From the NCBI GenBank assembly GCA_030765585.1, contig JAVCCJ010000023.1, forward strand, positions 1 to 47,748: a stretch of 47,748 nt of DNA. Direction: 5' to 3'. A program made the translations under genes and the position numbers. The DNA is from Candidatus Zapsychrus exili. GTDB taxonomy: Bacteria > Omnitrophota > Gorgyraeia > Zapsychrales > Zapsychraceae. Below the pieces are notes generated by a model. The model was not told the origin of the DNA and searched no databases. It saw only the letters and a list, made by a program, of their open reading frames with translations. This document shows, in pieces, positions 19,132-29,684 of the stretch; the stretch's first letter is position 1, and each line of letters begins with the position of its first letter.

Positions 19132-20172
19132 TCACAGTTTAAATACTGAGTCAACTGCTTCTAGAATCTCGTTTGTAGCTATTAATTCTAGGTCTTTAGA
19201 ATCAATTTTCTGGGATTTTTGAAAGATATTTCTAGGCTTATGTGGTTTTACGCTAACAATTATCGATTTATCGCCTAAAGGTTTCCATCTTTCTGGGTTT
19301 ATTCCTGGCTGATTCCTGGTAAAAATAGATATAACTGGAGTGTTTAAGGCAGCTGCAAGATGAACTGGTCCAGAGTCATTGGATATAAGGAGATCTGCCC
19401 TCATAAGTAGGCTAGCTAGCTCACCTACCGTTGTTTTTCCTGATAAATCCAAAATAGAGCTATTTATTGAAGACAATATCTCTTTGGCTATAGGCCTAAC
19501 ATCAGAGGATCCAACAATAACTATCTTGCTATTATATTTCTTAACAAGCTCATCTATAAGCTCAGCAAAATTATTCTTAGGCCATCTTTTAGCTGGATCG
19601 CTTGCTCCTGGGTGTATACAAATAAAACAATCGTCATCAGATATTTTGTTTTGATGCAAAAAACTATACATCCACTGTTCAGATTCTTTTTTAACAGAAA
19701 CATGCATATCCAAATCTTTTGATTCAAGTCCAATATGTTTTAAAACATCTAAGCAATATTCAGCCTCATGTTTTTTTCCATAATGTCTCTCATCATTTAT
19801 AGGCTTTGTTAATAAAAATCCAAATTTATTATTTTTATATCCAATTCTATTTTTTATTCCAGCTAAAAAACACAATAGATTTGTCCTTCTTTTTGTATGA
19901 AACAAAATTGCCAAATCAAATTTTTTCTTTCGAACAAAATCAACCAATCTCAAAAATCCAACAAAACCATTATTGATGCCTTTTCTATCATCTACAATTA
20001 TTTCATCTAAATAAGGATTTGCCTCTAACAACTCCCTTGTAGCTGACGCAACAATTATTGAAATCTGTGCCTTTGGATATGCATTACGCAAGGCTTTTAT
20101 CGACGGAGTTGTCAAGACAACATCTCCTAGCCTATCTGTCCTAACTATGAGTATATTTTTATATTCTTCCAT
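19132..20172 (-). CDS. GT9 heptosyltransferase-like protein
   Basis: RTDRLGDVVLTTP, HPGAS..KRWP, NDSGPVHLAAA. Confidence 0.9.
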   Translation of the reverse strand: MEEYKNILIVRTDRLGDVVLTTPSIKALRNAYPKAQISIIVASATRELLEANPYLDEIIVDDRKGINNGFVGFLRLVDFVRKKKFDLAILFHTKRRTNLLCFLAGIKNRIGYKNNKFGFLLTKPINDERHYGKKHEAEYCLDVLKHIGLESKDLDMHVSVKKESEQWMYSFLHQNKISDDDCFICIHPGASDPAKRWPKNNFAELIDELVKKYNSKIVIVGSSDVRPIAKEILSSINSSILDLSGKTTVGELASLLMRADLLISNDSGPVHLAAALNTPVISIFTRNQPGINPERWKPLGDKSIIVSVKPHKPRNIFQKSQKIDSKDLELIATNEILEAVDSVFKL

Positions 20173-20179
20173 AATAAAT

Positions 20180-21163
20180 TTAAATATGTTTATATAACTC
20201 TTCTAATTTGTCTATAACATCAGAGGTTAAAATACTTTCTATACATCGATGTTTTTCTTTTAATTTAGCATTATTACATACAAAACAATTATCTTTTCTC
20301 TTAACATAAACGCTTTTATATCCCCAAGGTCCATACCTTAAAGGATTAGTTGGTCCAAAAATCGACAGCACAGGCTTGTTTAAATAGCTTGCCAAGTGCA
20401 TTGGAGCACTATCGTTTGTAATAGCTAATGTAGATCGATTAAGTAGCTCTGATAACTGTGCAAGGTTTATTCTACCGCATAAATTAATCGACTCATTCTC
20501 CATAAATTTATCTACAGACTGCGCTATCTTTCTATCATTTTCGTCTCCGACAAGGACTATCTTTAAGCCTTTAGTTCTTACAACCTCATCACATACCTGA
20601 GCAAAGCCTTGTTCTGACCACTGCTTTGCACTATCTGCAGCAGACGGCGCAACAACAGCGAAAGCATTTTCCCCTTGTACTTCTTTTTTTATTACCTGAT
20701 CTATATAGTCTTTATCTTGTCTTGAAACAAAAAAAGAATATTTATTTATGATATCTAATTTTTCATAAGAATAAACAGATCTAAGTCTTTTAAGATGCTT
20801 CTCTTTCATATGCGCACCCTTGTCTTTTGTCTTTCGCAATTTTGTTCTATATTTTGGAGAGACTAAAAGAGGTATAACTGTATTTCTTAAATCAACAACA
20901 AGATCAAATTTTTCTTTTCTAAGTTCAAATATCCAAAAAACTGTTTTTAAAAAAGATTGATGCTTATTGTAAATATACACATTTTTAAAACTTGGATTAC
21001 CTTCAAGGAGAAACTTTGCTTTAGGACCAATAACTACAGATAACTCTGCATCTGGAAAATCATTCTTTAAAATATCAATAACTGGAAATGTTAGAACAAC
21101 ATCGCCTATATTAGATAAGGAAATGACTAATATTTTATTTACTTTTAACTTTTTTAACTTCAT
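20180..21163 (-). CDS. GT9 heptosyltransferase-like protein
   Basis: LSNIGDVVLT, KQW, NDSAPMHLA, IFGPT. Confidence 0.9.
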   Translation of the reverse strand: MKLKKLKVNKILVISLSNIGDVVLTFPVIDILKNDFPDAELSVVIGPKAKFLLEGNPSFKNVYIYNKHQSFLKTVFWIFELRKEKFDLVVDLRNTVIPLLVSPKYRTKLRKTKDKGAHMKEKHLKRLRSVYSYEKLDIINKYSFFVSRQDKDYIDQVIKKEVQGENAFAVVAPSAADSAKQWSEQGFAQVCDEVVRTKGLKIVLVGDENDRKIAQSVDKFMENESINLCGRINLAQLSELLNRSTLAITNDSAPMHLASYLNKPVLSIFGPTNPLRYGPWGYKSVYVKRKDNCFVCNNAKLKEKHRCIESILTSDVIDKLEELYKHI

Positions 21164-22151
21164 CTATGATATCCTCAACGGTAATTGCTTTCATGCATAC
21201 ATTATCATTACAATCTAAATGATAGCATGGTTCTCTATTGCATCCTACATCGCGTTGCAGTATAACACCACGCTCATTTCCCCTGGGTCCGGTTATTTCT
21301 GGACGAGTAGGCCCAAAAATTCCAACAACTTTAACACCTACACTGCTAGCCAAATGAATTGGCCCCGAATCTGCAGAAATAACTAAATCTGACTTTTCCA
21401 ACAGAGCAATTAACTCTTTTAATTTTTGTTTGCCTGCCAATATTAAAGGTCTATATTCTAAATCCAAACATATTTCTTTTGTCAGTTCGATATCTTTTGA
21501 AGATCCAGACATAATAACTTTTGCCTTATATTCTTTTATTAAACGATCAATAAGAATAGAAAAATTATTTTTAGGCCAACGCTTAAGATCCCAATTGCCT
21601 CCAACATTTACAACAACAACAAAATCCGATTTTTCAACATTATTTTCTCTAAAAATATTATTAACAACCGATTGAGATTCTTCGTCAGACTTGATAAATG
21701 TTGCCCTATCCCTAACAGAAACTCCAAAAGATTCTATAACATTAAGATAGTAGTCTCTTCTGTGTACATCTTTTCCTAAAAATGGAACTTTGTGCGTCAA
21801 TAGCATGCTACGTTTTTTTGTACCATATCCCACTCTTTTTGGAATTCCAGCTAGAAAAACCAAAAGAGCTCTTGTGAAAGACCCATGCAGCAAAAACACA
21901 ATGTCAAACTTCATAGAACTAATTTCATAAATTAATTTTATCTTTGAGAAAATGCTTAGATGTGCGCCCTTCTCGTCATAAACAATAACAGAATCAACCC
22001 CGTGTATGCATTCCAGAATATCTTTGACTCTTGGAGGACCTAAACAAGACACCTTAGCGTTCGGATACTGCTCCTTTAAAGCTTTAAATATAGGGGATGA
22101 CAAAACCACATCTCCTATCCAATTTACATTCACAACAAGAATATTTTTCAT
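21135..22151 (-). CDS. waaF: LPS heptosyltransferase II-like protein (GT9)
   Basis: NWIGDVV (WaaF-like), KRWP, DSGPIHLA, IFGPT, C-terminal Cys cluster. Confidence 0.75.
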   Translation of the reverse strand: MKNILVVNVNWIGDVVLSSPIFKALKEQYPNAKVSCLGPPRVKDILECIHGVDSVIVYDEKGAHLSIFSKIKLIYEISSMKFDIVFLLHGSFTRALLVFLAGIPKRVGYGTKKRSMLLTHKVPFLGKDVHRRDYYLNVIESFGVSVRDRATFIKSDEESQSVVNNIFRENNVEKSDFVVVVNVGGNWDLKRWPKNNFSILIDRLIKEYKAKVIMSGSSKDIELTKEICLDLEYRPLILAGKQKLKELIALLEKSDLVISADSGPIHLASSVGVKVVGIFGPTRPEITGPRGNERGVILQRDVGCNREPCYHLDCNDNVCMKAITVEDIIDEVKKVKSK

Positions 22152-23245
22152 AAATTTATCAATTGTTTATACACGTTTAACGTTTTTCCAACCATTAAAT
22201 CTGAAGAGTAATTTTTTAAAGCAAAATCTCTAGCATCATCTCCGATTTGTTTGATTTTATCAGGACTATTTAAAAGATTAACAATCGCATCGCTCAATTC
22301 GTCTATATTTTCTGGTTCAACTAAAACACCAGTCTTTCCGTTATCAATTAAACTAGGAATTCCGCCAACATTAGACGCAATTGTAGCAAGACCTGACGCC
22401 TGTGCCTCCATAACAGATATTCCAAGCCCTTCTTGTCTCGACGGCATAATAAAAATATCTAAAAGAGACAGTGATTCTTGTACGCTCCCTAATATTGGCG
22501 AAAATATTACATTATTCTCTAAACCTAATTTAACTACTGCTTTTCTAAGATCATCTTCTGTTTTGCCTTGCCCTATTATAAAAAGCTTTGCAGATGGAAT
22601 TTTGCAAACAACTTTTTCCATTGCATTCACCAATATATCTTGACCTTTCACTATGGACAATCTTGCAACAATGCCTAGCACAGGTTCATCTGTTAATCCA
22701 AATTTTACCCTCTTGGCAAGCTTTACTTGTTTTGTAGCAACAGAGAATTTATTAAGCTCAATACCGTTTTCTATTCTAATTATATCTTTTTTGCTAATTT
22801 TAAAATCATTCTTTAAATGATTCTCGACAGCTTCACTTATCGCTATAACCTTATCTCCCCAACAAGGAAACATTCTTCTAGTTAATCTCGTTTTAAAGAA
22901 ACCATGACAAGTAGAGACATAAGGAACTCCTGTTAATTTCTTTAAAATATTTCCCATAACTTGAGTCACTCTTGCATTAGAATGTATGATATCAATTCCG
23001 TAACTCTTTATTAAACGCTTCAATTTAGGCAATGCCATATAAATTTTTGGATCCAAATCTGATTTTGCCAGTATATCTAATTTTATAATCTTAGCGCCTA
23101 GCGACACAAAGCTTTCCTCTGTGTCCCCCCCACCTGTTGCTATATACATTTCATTACCGAGAGACAAAAAACCTTTTGTCAGAGTCAAAAGATAACTTGT
23201 AATACCTCCAGCATTAAGATGCGTCGATATCAGAAGAATTTTCAT
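22148..23245 (-). CDS. GT4 glycosyltransferase
   Basis: GGIT, STCHG, VARL..KG, PSRQEGLG.SVMEA. Confidence 0.9.
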   Translation of the reverse strand: MKILLISTHLNAGGITSYLLTLTKGFLSLGNEMYIATGGGDTEESFVSLGAKIIKLDILAKSDLDPKIYMALPKLKRLIKSYGIDIIHSNARVTQVMGNILKKLTGVPYVSTCHGFFKTRLTRRMFPCWGDKVIAISEAVENHLKNDFKISKKDIIRIENGIELNKFSVATKQVKLAKRVKFGLTDEPVLGIVARLSIVKGQDILVNAMEKVVCKIPSAKLFIIGQGKTEDDLRKAVVKLGLENNVIFSPILGSVQESLSLLDIFIMPSRQEGLGISVMEAQASGLATIASNVGGIPSLIDNGKTGVLVEPENIDELSDAIVNLLNSPDKIKQIGDDARDFALKNYSSDLMVGKTLNVYKQLINL

Positions 23246-25346
23246 TTTCTTTAAGCTCCATTAATTTTTCTATTTCACAAACTACTTCTTCCGGCAATAT
23301 TTCTTTCATACAATCGTGAGTAGATATCTCACAACTTGGACTATAGCAAGGAGAGCATTTTAACATTTTTTCTAAAACAATAATTTTCTCTGCAGGCGGT
23401 ATATGTCTGCTAGAATCTGTTGGTCCAAATAAAGCTATACACGGCACTTTCATTGCAGCAGCTAAATGCATTGGGGCTGAATCGGGAGTAATAAAAACCT
23501 GACATCTTTTAATAATAGCCGCAAGTTGCATAATATCTGTTTTACCAATTATAATTGCAGGCTTAGACTTAGTTAATGACAGAAGTTTCTTTGAGGCCAC
23601 TCTATCTTTTTCCATACCAGTTACAATAACCCTAATATTCTTATTAGATAATATGTCACATACCTGCGCAATATATTCTACTGGCCAATTCTTAGAATCC
23701 CATCGCTTAGATGCAGCTATATTAATACCAACAATATTTTTACAGCTTCCTAGCCATTCCGAATCAAGCAGTTCTTGCGCATATCTCTCATCCTTTTTAG
23801 ATGGCCATAATTCAACATAAGCATTTTCATTCTTTTGTATATCTATTGTATTAAGAAGCTGAAATTGGTGATCCACTGCAGGCAAATCATTTCTGTATTT
23901 CTTCAAAGGATTCGTTAAGAAAAATCCCCACTTACCATTATCGTATCCGTAACTTTCTCTAGGAAAACTTAAAAAAGATAACAAATGACTTTTTCTGTTA
24001 TTTTGAAAATCAATTACTTTGTCAAATCTATATTTCCTCAATTTACTAGAAAGTTTAAATAAATTTAAGGTTCCCTTGTCTTTTTCGTTTATATCATAAA
24101 CAATGAGACCATCTAGATAAGGACAATTTTGCAAAATCTTTCTAGACTCTCCTCCAACTAAACAATATATCTTGGCCTTAGGAAAGTTCTCTCTTATAGC
24201 TTTCAATGAAGGTGTGGCTAGTATTACATCACCTATGGATGTTATTTTAATAACCAATATATTCGTCGAGCTTAACAGCTCTTCATAAACACCTAATGTC
24301 TCTGACGACATATATTCTACCGTAAATTTATCTCTTAACTTTACCTTTGCTTTCTCAACTATTCTATGCGAAAGATTTTTATCTTTTAAAAGTCGCATTA
24401 CTTCTTTTGCCATACCTTCAGGATCTTTTGGCATAACCAATAATCCCGTTTCCCCATCATCAATAATATCTACAACTCCTCCAACTTTTGTAGCAACAAC
24501 AGGAACTCCTGCGGCTTGAGCTTCCAAAATTACCCTTCCAAATGCTTCTTGTGTTACCGTAGAAAGCACTGCAACATCAACACTAGACAATAGCTCTGGT
24601 ATATCTCTTCTATTCCCGAGAAACTCTACATTTTCTTTTAAACCTAATCTATCTACTAAAACTTCAAGCTCATGCTTATAGGCTTTTTTACTTTTTGGCG
24701 CATCTCCGATAATCCATATCTTTGCATAAGGCATATTTCTTACAACACGAGCCATAGCTTTTAAAAAATACTTGTGTCCCTTAAGCGGAGTTATTCTTCC
24801 AACAATAGCTATAGTACACTTAAGCTCTCCTTCTCTTTTTTTCCTTTCTATGTTAAATCTATTAAAATCAACGCTCCTAGGTATGCATCTAACGCTCGAT
24901 GCAGCTACTTTAAAATCATCGATCATATGTCTTCCTATGACTTTACTAGGAACAATAACCAGCTTTGACCACCCCATAACTTGACTAAATATTTTATTTT
25001 TATAATAACCATGACATGTTGTAATAAAGGAGGCTTTAGTTTTTCTGCACGCAAAATACCCTATCCATCCAGGAACTCGTGAACGAGCGTGCACTATTTG
25101 TATTTTTTCTTCTCGTATTATTTTACGCACTTCTTTTATCATAGAGATAATAGTCCATAAAGATTTCTTATGCACCGCAAGAGTGTAATGCTTAGTACCA
25201 GAAGCCTCTAAATCACGAACCATTGCCCCTCCGTTAGATATAACAACGGATTTGTGGTTATTATCAACAAGATACTTGCTAAAATCAACCGTACCTGTCT
25301 CTACACCTCCAACATTTAGCTCTGGTAATATCTGTAAAATATTCAT
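23214..25346 (-). CDS. GT4-GT9 fusion glycosyltransferase
   Basis: N-terminal half has GGVE, HARSR, GRITPLKG, EAFGRVILEA (GT4). C-terminal half has SIGDVILATP, KNWP, DSAPMHLAAA, FGPT (GT9). Confidence 0.9.
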   Translation of the reverse strand: MNILQILPELNVGGVETGTVDFSKYLVDNNHKSVVISNGGAMVRDLEASGTKHYTLAVHKKSLWTIISMIKEVRKIIREEKIQIVHARSRVPGWIGYFACRKTKASFITTCHGYYKNKIFSQVMGWSKLVIVPSKVIGRHMIDDFKVAASSVRCIPRSVDFNRFNIERKKREGELKCTIAIVGRITPLKGHKYFLKAMARVVRNMPYAKIWIIGDAPKSKKAYKHELEVLVDRLGLKENVEFLGNRRDIPELLSSVDVAVLSTVTQEAFGRVILEAQAAGVPVVATKVGGVVDIIDDGETGLLVMPKDPEGMAKEVMRLLKDKNLSHRIVEKAKVKLRDKFTVEYMSSETLGVYEELLSSTNILVIKITSIGDVILATPSLKAIRENFPKAKIYCLVGGESRKILQNCPYLDGLIVYDINEKDKGTLNLFKLSSKLRKYRFDKVIDFQNNRKSHLLSFLSFPRESYGYDNGKWGFFLTNPLKKYRNDLPAVDHQFQLLNTIDIQKNENAYVELWPSKKDERYAQELLDSEWLGSCKNIVGINIAASKRWDSKNWPVEYIAQVCDILSNKNIRVIVTGMEKDRVASKKLLSLTKSKPAIIIGKTDIMQLAAIIKRCQVFITPDSAPMHLAAAMKVPCIALFGPTDSSRHIPPAEKIIVLEKMLKCSPCYSPSCEISTHDCMKEILPEEVVCEIEKLMELKENENSSDIDAS

Positions 25347-25367
25347 AAATCCTTAATCCTGAAAATA

Positions 25368-25402
25368 ATTGATGGTTTGCAATATTTCTGCAAACCATCA
25401 AT
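25368..25402. repeat. 14-bp perfect stem with 7-nt loop (terminator or REP-like element)
   Basis: ATTGATGGTTTGCA-atatttc-TGCAAACCATCAAT; followed by TATTTT on the minus strand. Confidence 0.75.
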
Positions 25403-25419
25403 ATAAAATAAAATATTTA

Positions 25420-27393
25420 TTAAATTATATCACGTGCTGCATCAAGCATAACTTGCTTGTCATTAATTACCTTCGTGATAATTTTATTCTTTGCAACATC
25501 GCATACTGTCTGACCCATATTTTTAACATCAGACGTTACGATAAAACTCTCACTCTCAAGTCTCTTTATAAACTGCTTATGCTTATTAGGCCCATCAAAC
25601 ATTTTTTGTTTATATTTAGGTGGAAAAACAATTGTCTTGTTTCCTGAACTAGCTGCTTCAGATATCATAGATATACTGTCTCCAGAAGTTATGACTATGT
25701 CAGATAACCCTAAAATTCCACCGACCGCCTCTTCAACATTCTTTTGATTTGCCAATATAAGTAACGGACAAATAGACTCTTTGCTCAACTCTTTTTGCAA
25801 CAACTTCTCAATCTTTGTAGGCGTTCTACGAGAAGTTGTAACTAGTATATCTGCTGATATTTGCGAACAAATATCTTTTATTTGATGAATAAGTATTCTT
25901 ATTTGCTGCTCATCTAAATATACATCTTTAGAATCTCCGCCTATAAATAACCCTACCTTTTTTCTTAAATTATCTTTAAGGTGTGAAAATCTATTGAGCA
26001 ATAAATCAGATTGCTCCTTAAGGTAACTATCATCTATCAAATTAGGCGCGGCATACGTTAATACAAGTTTCTCGTTTTTATTGTTTTTGTCAGCATAGTC
26101 ATGATAAGGAGCCACAATTAAATCAAACTTATTAAAATTCCATAAAGCAGGCTTAAGTATATTTACGCTCTTTGCATTGTGATCAAAAGATAAAAAAGAA
26201 TTAATCCCTGAAATAGTTGAACCACATGAAACGACAAAATCTGTCTTAAGAGATGCAATTTCATCAAAAGACTCTTTTGAAAGAAACCTTCTCAAGAATC
26301 CTATTTTATTTAAAGATATAAGAGGATATGCCAAAGCGCCAAACAAAGAAAACAATTTGCAAGAAAACTTATCACTAAAAGATACGTTTACGGTTTTAAT
26401 TGATGCTTTTATGTTTCTTTCTGATAATGCCTTTTTTATCATTTCAGAAAAAGCCTGTGACTGCCTTAAATGCCCAACCTTTCCATCATTTAATATTACT
26501 ATATTTGTCTCATTTGAATATTTCCAAACCTTATAAAACCACATATACTCTGAGGGGTATTTGCGAACATATTCTTCCATTCTTTTAGAAAGTTTATTAA
26601 GACCTGATACTATATCTTGTTCTGAATTCCCTGTCCTATCAAGTTCTAGCGGCTTATCAAAAATAACTCTACGCTTTGTATCACCTTCTCGGACAATAAC
26701 AGAAAAACAAATAGCAACTCCAAACTTAAGCCCTAGCCTTATAGCTCCTATGGGTAAAGATGCTGTCCTGCCTAAGAACGAAACTAATTTGCCTTCTTTG
26801 CCGCCTTGATCTGCGACTAGCCCAACAACTTCGTTATTTCTTAAATTTCTTATAAGTTCACGAGTCCCAGAACCACGAGGTAAGACAACAGAATTTTTAA
26901 AAGATCTGTAAGAATTCAACAATTTATCTAGCCTAGAATATTTGCTCTGAGGATTAACCATAACATTATAAGGAAACCCCATGAGCGAACATAACGAACT
27001 AGCTACCTCCCAAGCTCCAAAATGCATAGTAAGCAAAATAACTCCTTTGCCATCATTTAAAGCGCTCTCAATATGCTCTTTCCCTTCAACTTTAGCGGAT
27101 TTCTCAAATACATTAGAATCAAGCAAGGGCATTCGCATAAGATCTACCAAATTCTTGCCATAATTTTTAAACGCTTCTTTAGTTATGCGCTTAATCTCTT
27201 CGGGGCTTTTAGTATCAGCAAAGGCCATTTTCAAGTTAGCATACACTTGTTTTCTGCGCTTAAAGCCCACAGAATAAGCGAATACGCCTACTATATTGCC
27301 TATGATCAAAGCAAGCCTGACTGGCATAACTCTCAATATAATGCCAAATATTTTAACTAGATAGTACACCAAGAATTCTATCAACAAAAACAT
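25420..27393 (-). CDS. Lipid A late acyltransferase (LpxL/HtrB family) fused to an ELM1/GtrOC1-like domain
   Basis: Likely start MFLLIE at 27393. Acyltransferase motifs HFGAWE, LVADQ, P.EYMW..K.WK, then DGKVGH..Q, IGGDSK, TTSRRTP, DSISMISEA (ELM1-like). Confidence 0.8.
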   Translation of the reverse strand: MFLLIEFLVYYLVKIFGIILRVMPVRLALIIGNIVGVFAYSVGFKRRKQVYANLKMAFADTKSPEEIKRITKEAFKNYGKNLVDLMRMPLLDSNVFEKSAKVEGKEHIESALNDGKGVILLTMHFGAWEVASSLCSLMGFPYNVMVNPQSKYSRLDKLLNSYRSFKNSVVLPRGSGTRELIRNLRNNEVVGLVADQGGKEGKLVSFLGRTASLPIGAIRLGLKFGVAICFSVIVREGDTKRRVIFDKPLELDRTGNSEQDIVSGLNKLSKRMEEYVRKYPSEYMWFYKVWKYSNETNIVILNDGKVGHLRQSQAFSEMIKKALSERNIKASIKTVNVSFSDKFSCKLFSLFGALAYPLISLNKIGFLRRFLSKESFDEIASLKTDFVVSCGSTISGINSFLSFDHNAKSVNILKPALWNFNKFDLIVAPYHDYADKNNKNEKLVLTYAAPNLIDDSYLKEQSDLLLNRFSHLKDNLRKKVGLFIGGDSKDVYLDEQQIRILIHQIKDICSQISADILVTTSRRTPTKIEKLLQKELSKESICPLLILANQKNVEEAVGGILGLSDIVITSGDSISMISEAASSGNKTIVFPPKYKQKMFDGPNKHKQFIKRLESESFIVTSDVKNMGQTVCDVAKNKIITKVINDKQVMLDAARDII

Positions 27394-28417
27394 CCTTTCC
27401 TTTTTCAATAAAAATTTCAATCCTTAAAGCTACAATCGATATATCATCTTCAAAAATATCAAAAAACTTATCTAATTTAACTGAATCTTTCTCAGTTGTT
27501 ACAATTGTCTTTATCCCATGCCTTTTGCAATAATTTTTAATTTGCATTAAATCTTTTCTCTTGTAAATATGATGATCCATAAATTGAAAACTTTTTCTTA
27601 TATTAGCACCCAGACCAATTAAGGTATCTTCAAAATACTTAGGGTCTGCAATACTGCAAAAACAACATATATTTTTAGCGTCTACAAAAGACAACTCTAC
27701 GTCGCTTTTTAGCCTGATATTTATAAACATCACCGCTTTATGCGAAACCTCCACAATAGGAGCTGATATTGACCCATTATTTAAATATTTTATAAAATCT
27801 TTTCCCTTAGACCTACTCGCATTAACCTTAGTTAACAATATTAAATCCGATCTAGATATAGAATTTAACGGCTCTCTTAATATTCCCCTAGGTATCAAAT
27901 TTCCATTGCCATATGGACTTGTTGAATCAACACAAGCTATGTTTAAATCCCTATAAAGCTTCCTATGTTGATAACCATCATCCATAATAAAAACATCTAC
28001 TGAATTATCCTTTAAAAACCTGCTGGCCCCTCTAAATCTATTAGGGTCAATAATAACTGGAACGTCTTTCAACTCTTCTTGAAGCATTTTAGCTTCATCG
28101 CTTTCTTTAGAAGTTTTGCTTTTTGCCATATACCCTCTAGTTAGAATAGCTGGCTTAAATCCTTTACTCTTAAGCATTTTGGCTATAAATTCTACAACTG
28201 GCGTCTTGCCAGTTCCGCCTAAAACTATATTTCCCACACTTATAACTGGATGAGGAAGCTTTTTAGACTTAAATATTTTTCTATCATAGCAAAAAGAAAT
28301 GCATCTTACCGTACAAGAGTAAAGCAAAGATAAAACCCATAAAATAAACTGTAGAATACTGCAAAGTATACTTTTCTTTATTTTGTCAGTAGCCAATAGA
28401 TATATAAATCTTTTCAT
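27353..28417 (-). CDS. lpxK: Tetraacyldisaccharide 4'-kinase
   Basis: ISVGNIVLGGTGKTP, TRGY, SDE, MDDGYQH, P.G.LRE, DHH, TTEKD.VK. Confidence 0.96.
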   Translation of the reverse strand: MKRFIYLLATDKIKKSILCSILQFILWVLSLLYSCTVRCISFCYDRKIFKSKKLPHPVISVGNIVLGGTGKTPVVEFIAKMLKSKGFKPAILTRGYMAKSKTSKESDEAKMLQEELKDVPVIIDPNRFRGASRFLKDNSVDVFIMDDGYQHRKLYRDLNIACVDSTSPYGNGNLIPRGILREPLNSISRSDLILLTKVNASRSKGKDFIKYLNNGSISAPIVEVSHKAVMFINIRLKSDVELSFVDAKNICCFCSIADPKYFEDTLIGLGANIRKSFQFMDHHIYKRKDLMQIKNYCKRHGIKTIVTTEKDSVKLDKFFDIFEDDISIVALRIEIFIEKGKDVFVDRILGVLSS

Positions 28418-28419
28418 TA

Positions 28420-29682
28420 TTATTTACTTTCAAGTATCTTTAAAATTATATTTGCTGTTTTTAAGGTAGCTCCCCTACATTTTTCTATAACCCTACTTGA
28501 TTTTAACTCTATGTCTTTTATTCTATCAAGATTACCGAGTAAATCTTTCATCTCAAACAATAATTCATCAACATATTGTACTTGTATTAACACACCTTCT
28601 GTTGTAAGAATTCTAACAATGTCCTTAAAGTTTTCAGTTCTTGGTCCAACTATTGTTGGCTTACCGAATAAAATAGGTTCTATTACATTCTGTCCTCCGC
28701 CAATCTTAAAAGACTTTCCCACGAACACAAGCTTAGCATTTTTATATATATCCTTAAGATGACCTATAGTATCAACAACTACTACGGTATTATCAGTGCT
28801 CAAGTCTTTGGCTTCAGAAAACTTAACTGTTTTAAAGCCATTGCTTTGAACTATCTCTACAACCTCATCTGATCTTTCAATATGTCTAGGAGCAATTACA
28901 AGCTTTAAGCCAGGAAAATCTACGATTAGCTTTTTATAGACATTAATTATAATGTCTTCTTCTCCAGGGTGTGTGCTACCTGCAACAATTATATCGCTAT
29001 CATCAGAAAAGCTTAATTCGCTTGACGAGTAATCTTCACTATCAAAAGATACATCAAACTTAATATTACCAACAATATTTACTTTCTTAACTTGCGCTCC
29101 TAGGCTTATAATACGCTCTGAATCAATCTCACTTTGCATGCAAAAAGAACTTACGCACTTTAAAATCTTTTTAGTAATAAAAGATACCTTTTTATAGCCA
29201 CCAAAAGCTTTATCTGATATCCTTCCGTTTATCTGAACAATTGGAACATTGCTTTTAAACAAAGCTGTATATATATTTGGCCATATTTCAGTCTCAGTAG
29301 ATATATATATTACAGGCTTGATTATCTTAATAAATTTTCTTACAACCCAGCTAAAATCAATTGGAGAATAAACAACAACAGCACTACTGCCAAACTTAAG
29401 TTTAGCAAGATCGTTCCCTGTCTTAGTAACTGTTGAACAAACTATACTATACTCTTGTGTTGTCTTTTTTATTTCCTCTATCAACCTTAAAGCAACCAAT
29501 ACCTCACCTACACTAACCGCATGAACCCAAATTACATTGTCTTTAGGTAAAACTTTTCTTAGCTCTTTTGAGAAGAAACCAAACCTCAACAAAAAACCCT
29601 TATGTAATTTACCTTTAATCAAAGCATATGGTAAATAGCATATTGTTATTAAAAAAGAAATTATATCGTAAATAATAAACAT
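28420..29682 (-). CDS. waaA: KDO transferase
   Basis: WVHAVSVGE, ETEIWPN, NGRIS, GNIKFD, AGSTH.GEE, APRH.ER, GGQN..EP. Confidence 0.96.
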   Translation of the reverse strand: MFIIYDIISFLITICYLPYALIKGKLHKGFLLRFGFFSKELRKVLPKDNVIWVHAVSVGEVLVALRLIEEIKKTTQEYSIVCSTVTKTGNDLAKLKFGSSAVVVYSPIDFSWVVRKFIKIIKPVIYISTETEIWPNIYTALFKSNVPIVQINGRISDKAFGGYKKVSFITKKILKCVSSFCMQSEIDSERIISLGAQVKKVNIVGNIKFDVSFDSEDYSSSELSFSDDSDIIVAGSTHPGEEDIIINVYKKLIVDFPGLKLVIAPRHIERSDEVVEIVQSNGFKTVKFSEAKDLSTDNTVVVVDTIGHLKDIYKNAKLVFVGKSFKIGGGQNVIEPILFGKPTIVGPRTENFKDIVRILTTEGVLIQVQYVDELLFEMKDLLGNLDRIKDIELKSSRVIEKCRGATLKTANIILKILESK

Positions 29683-29684
29683 AC

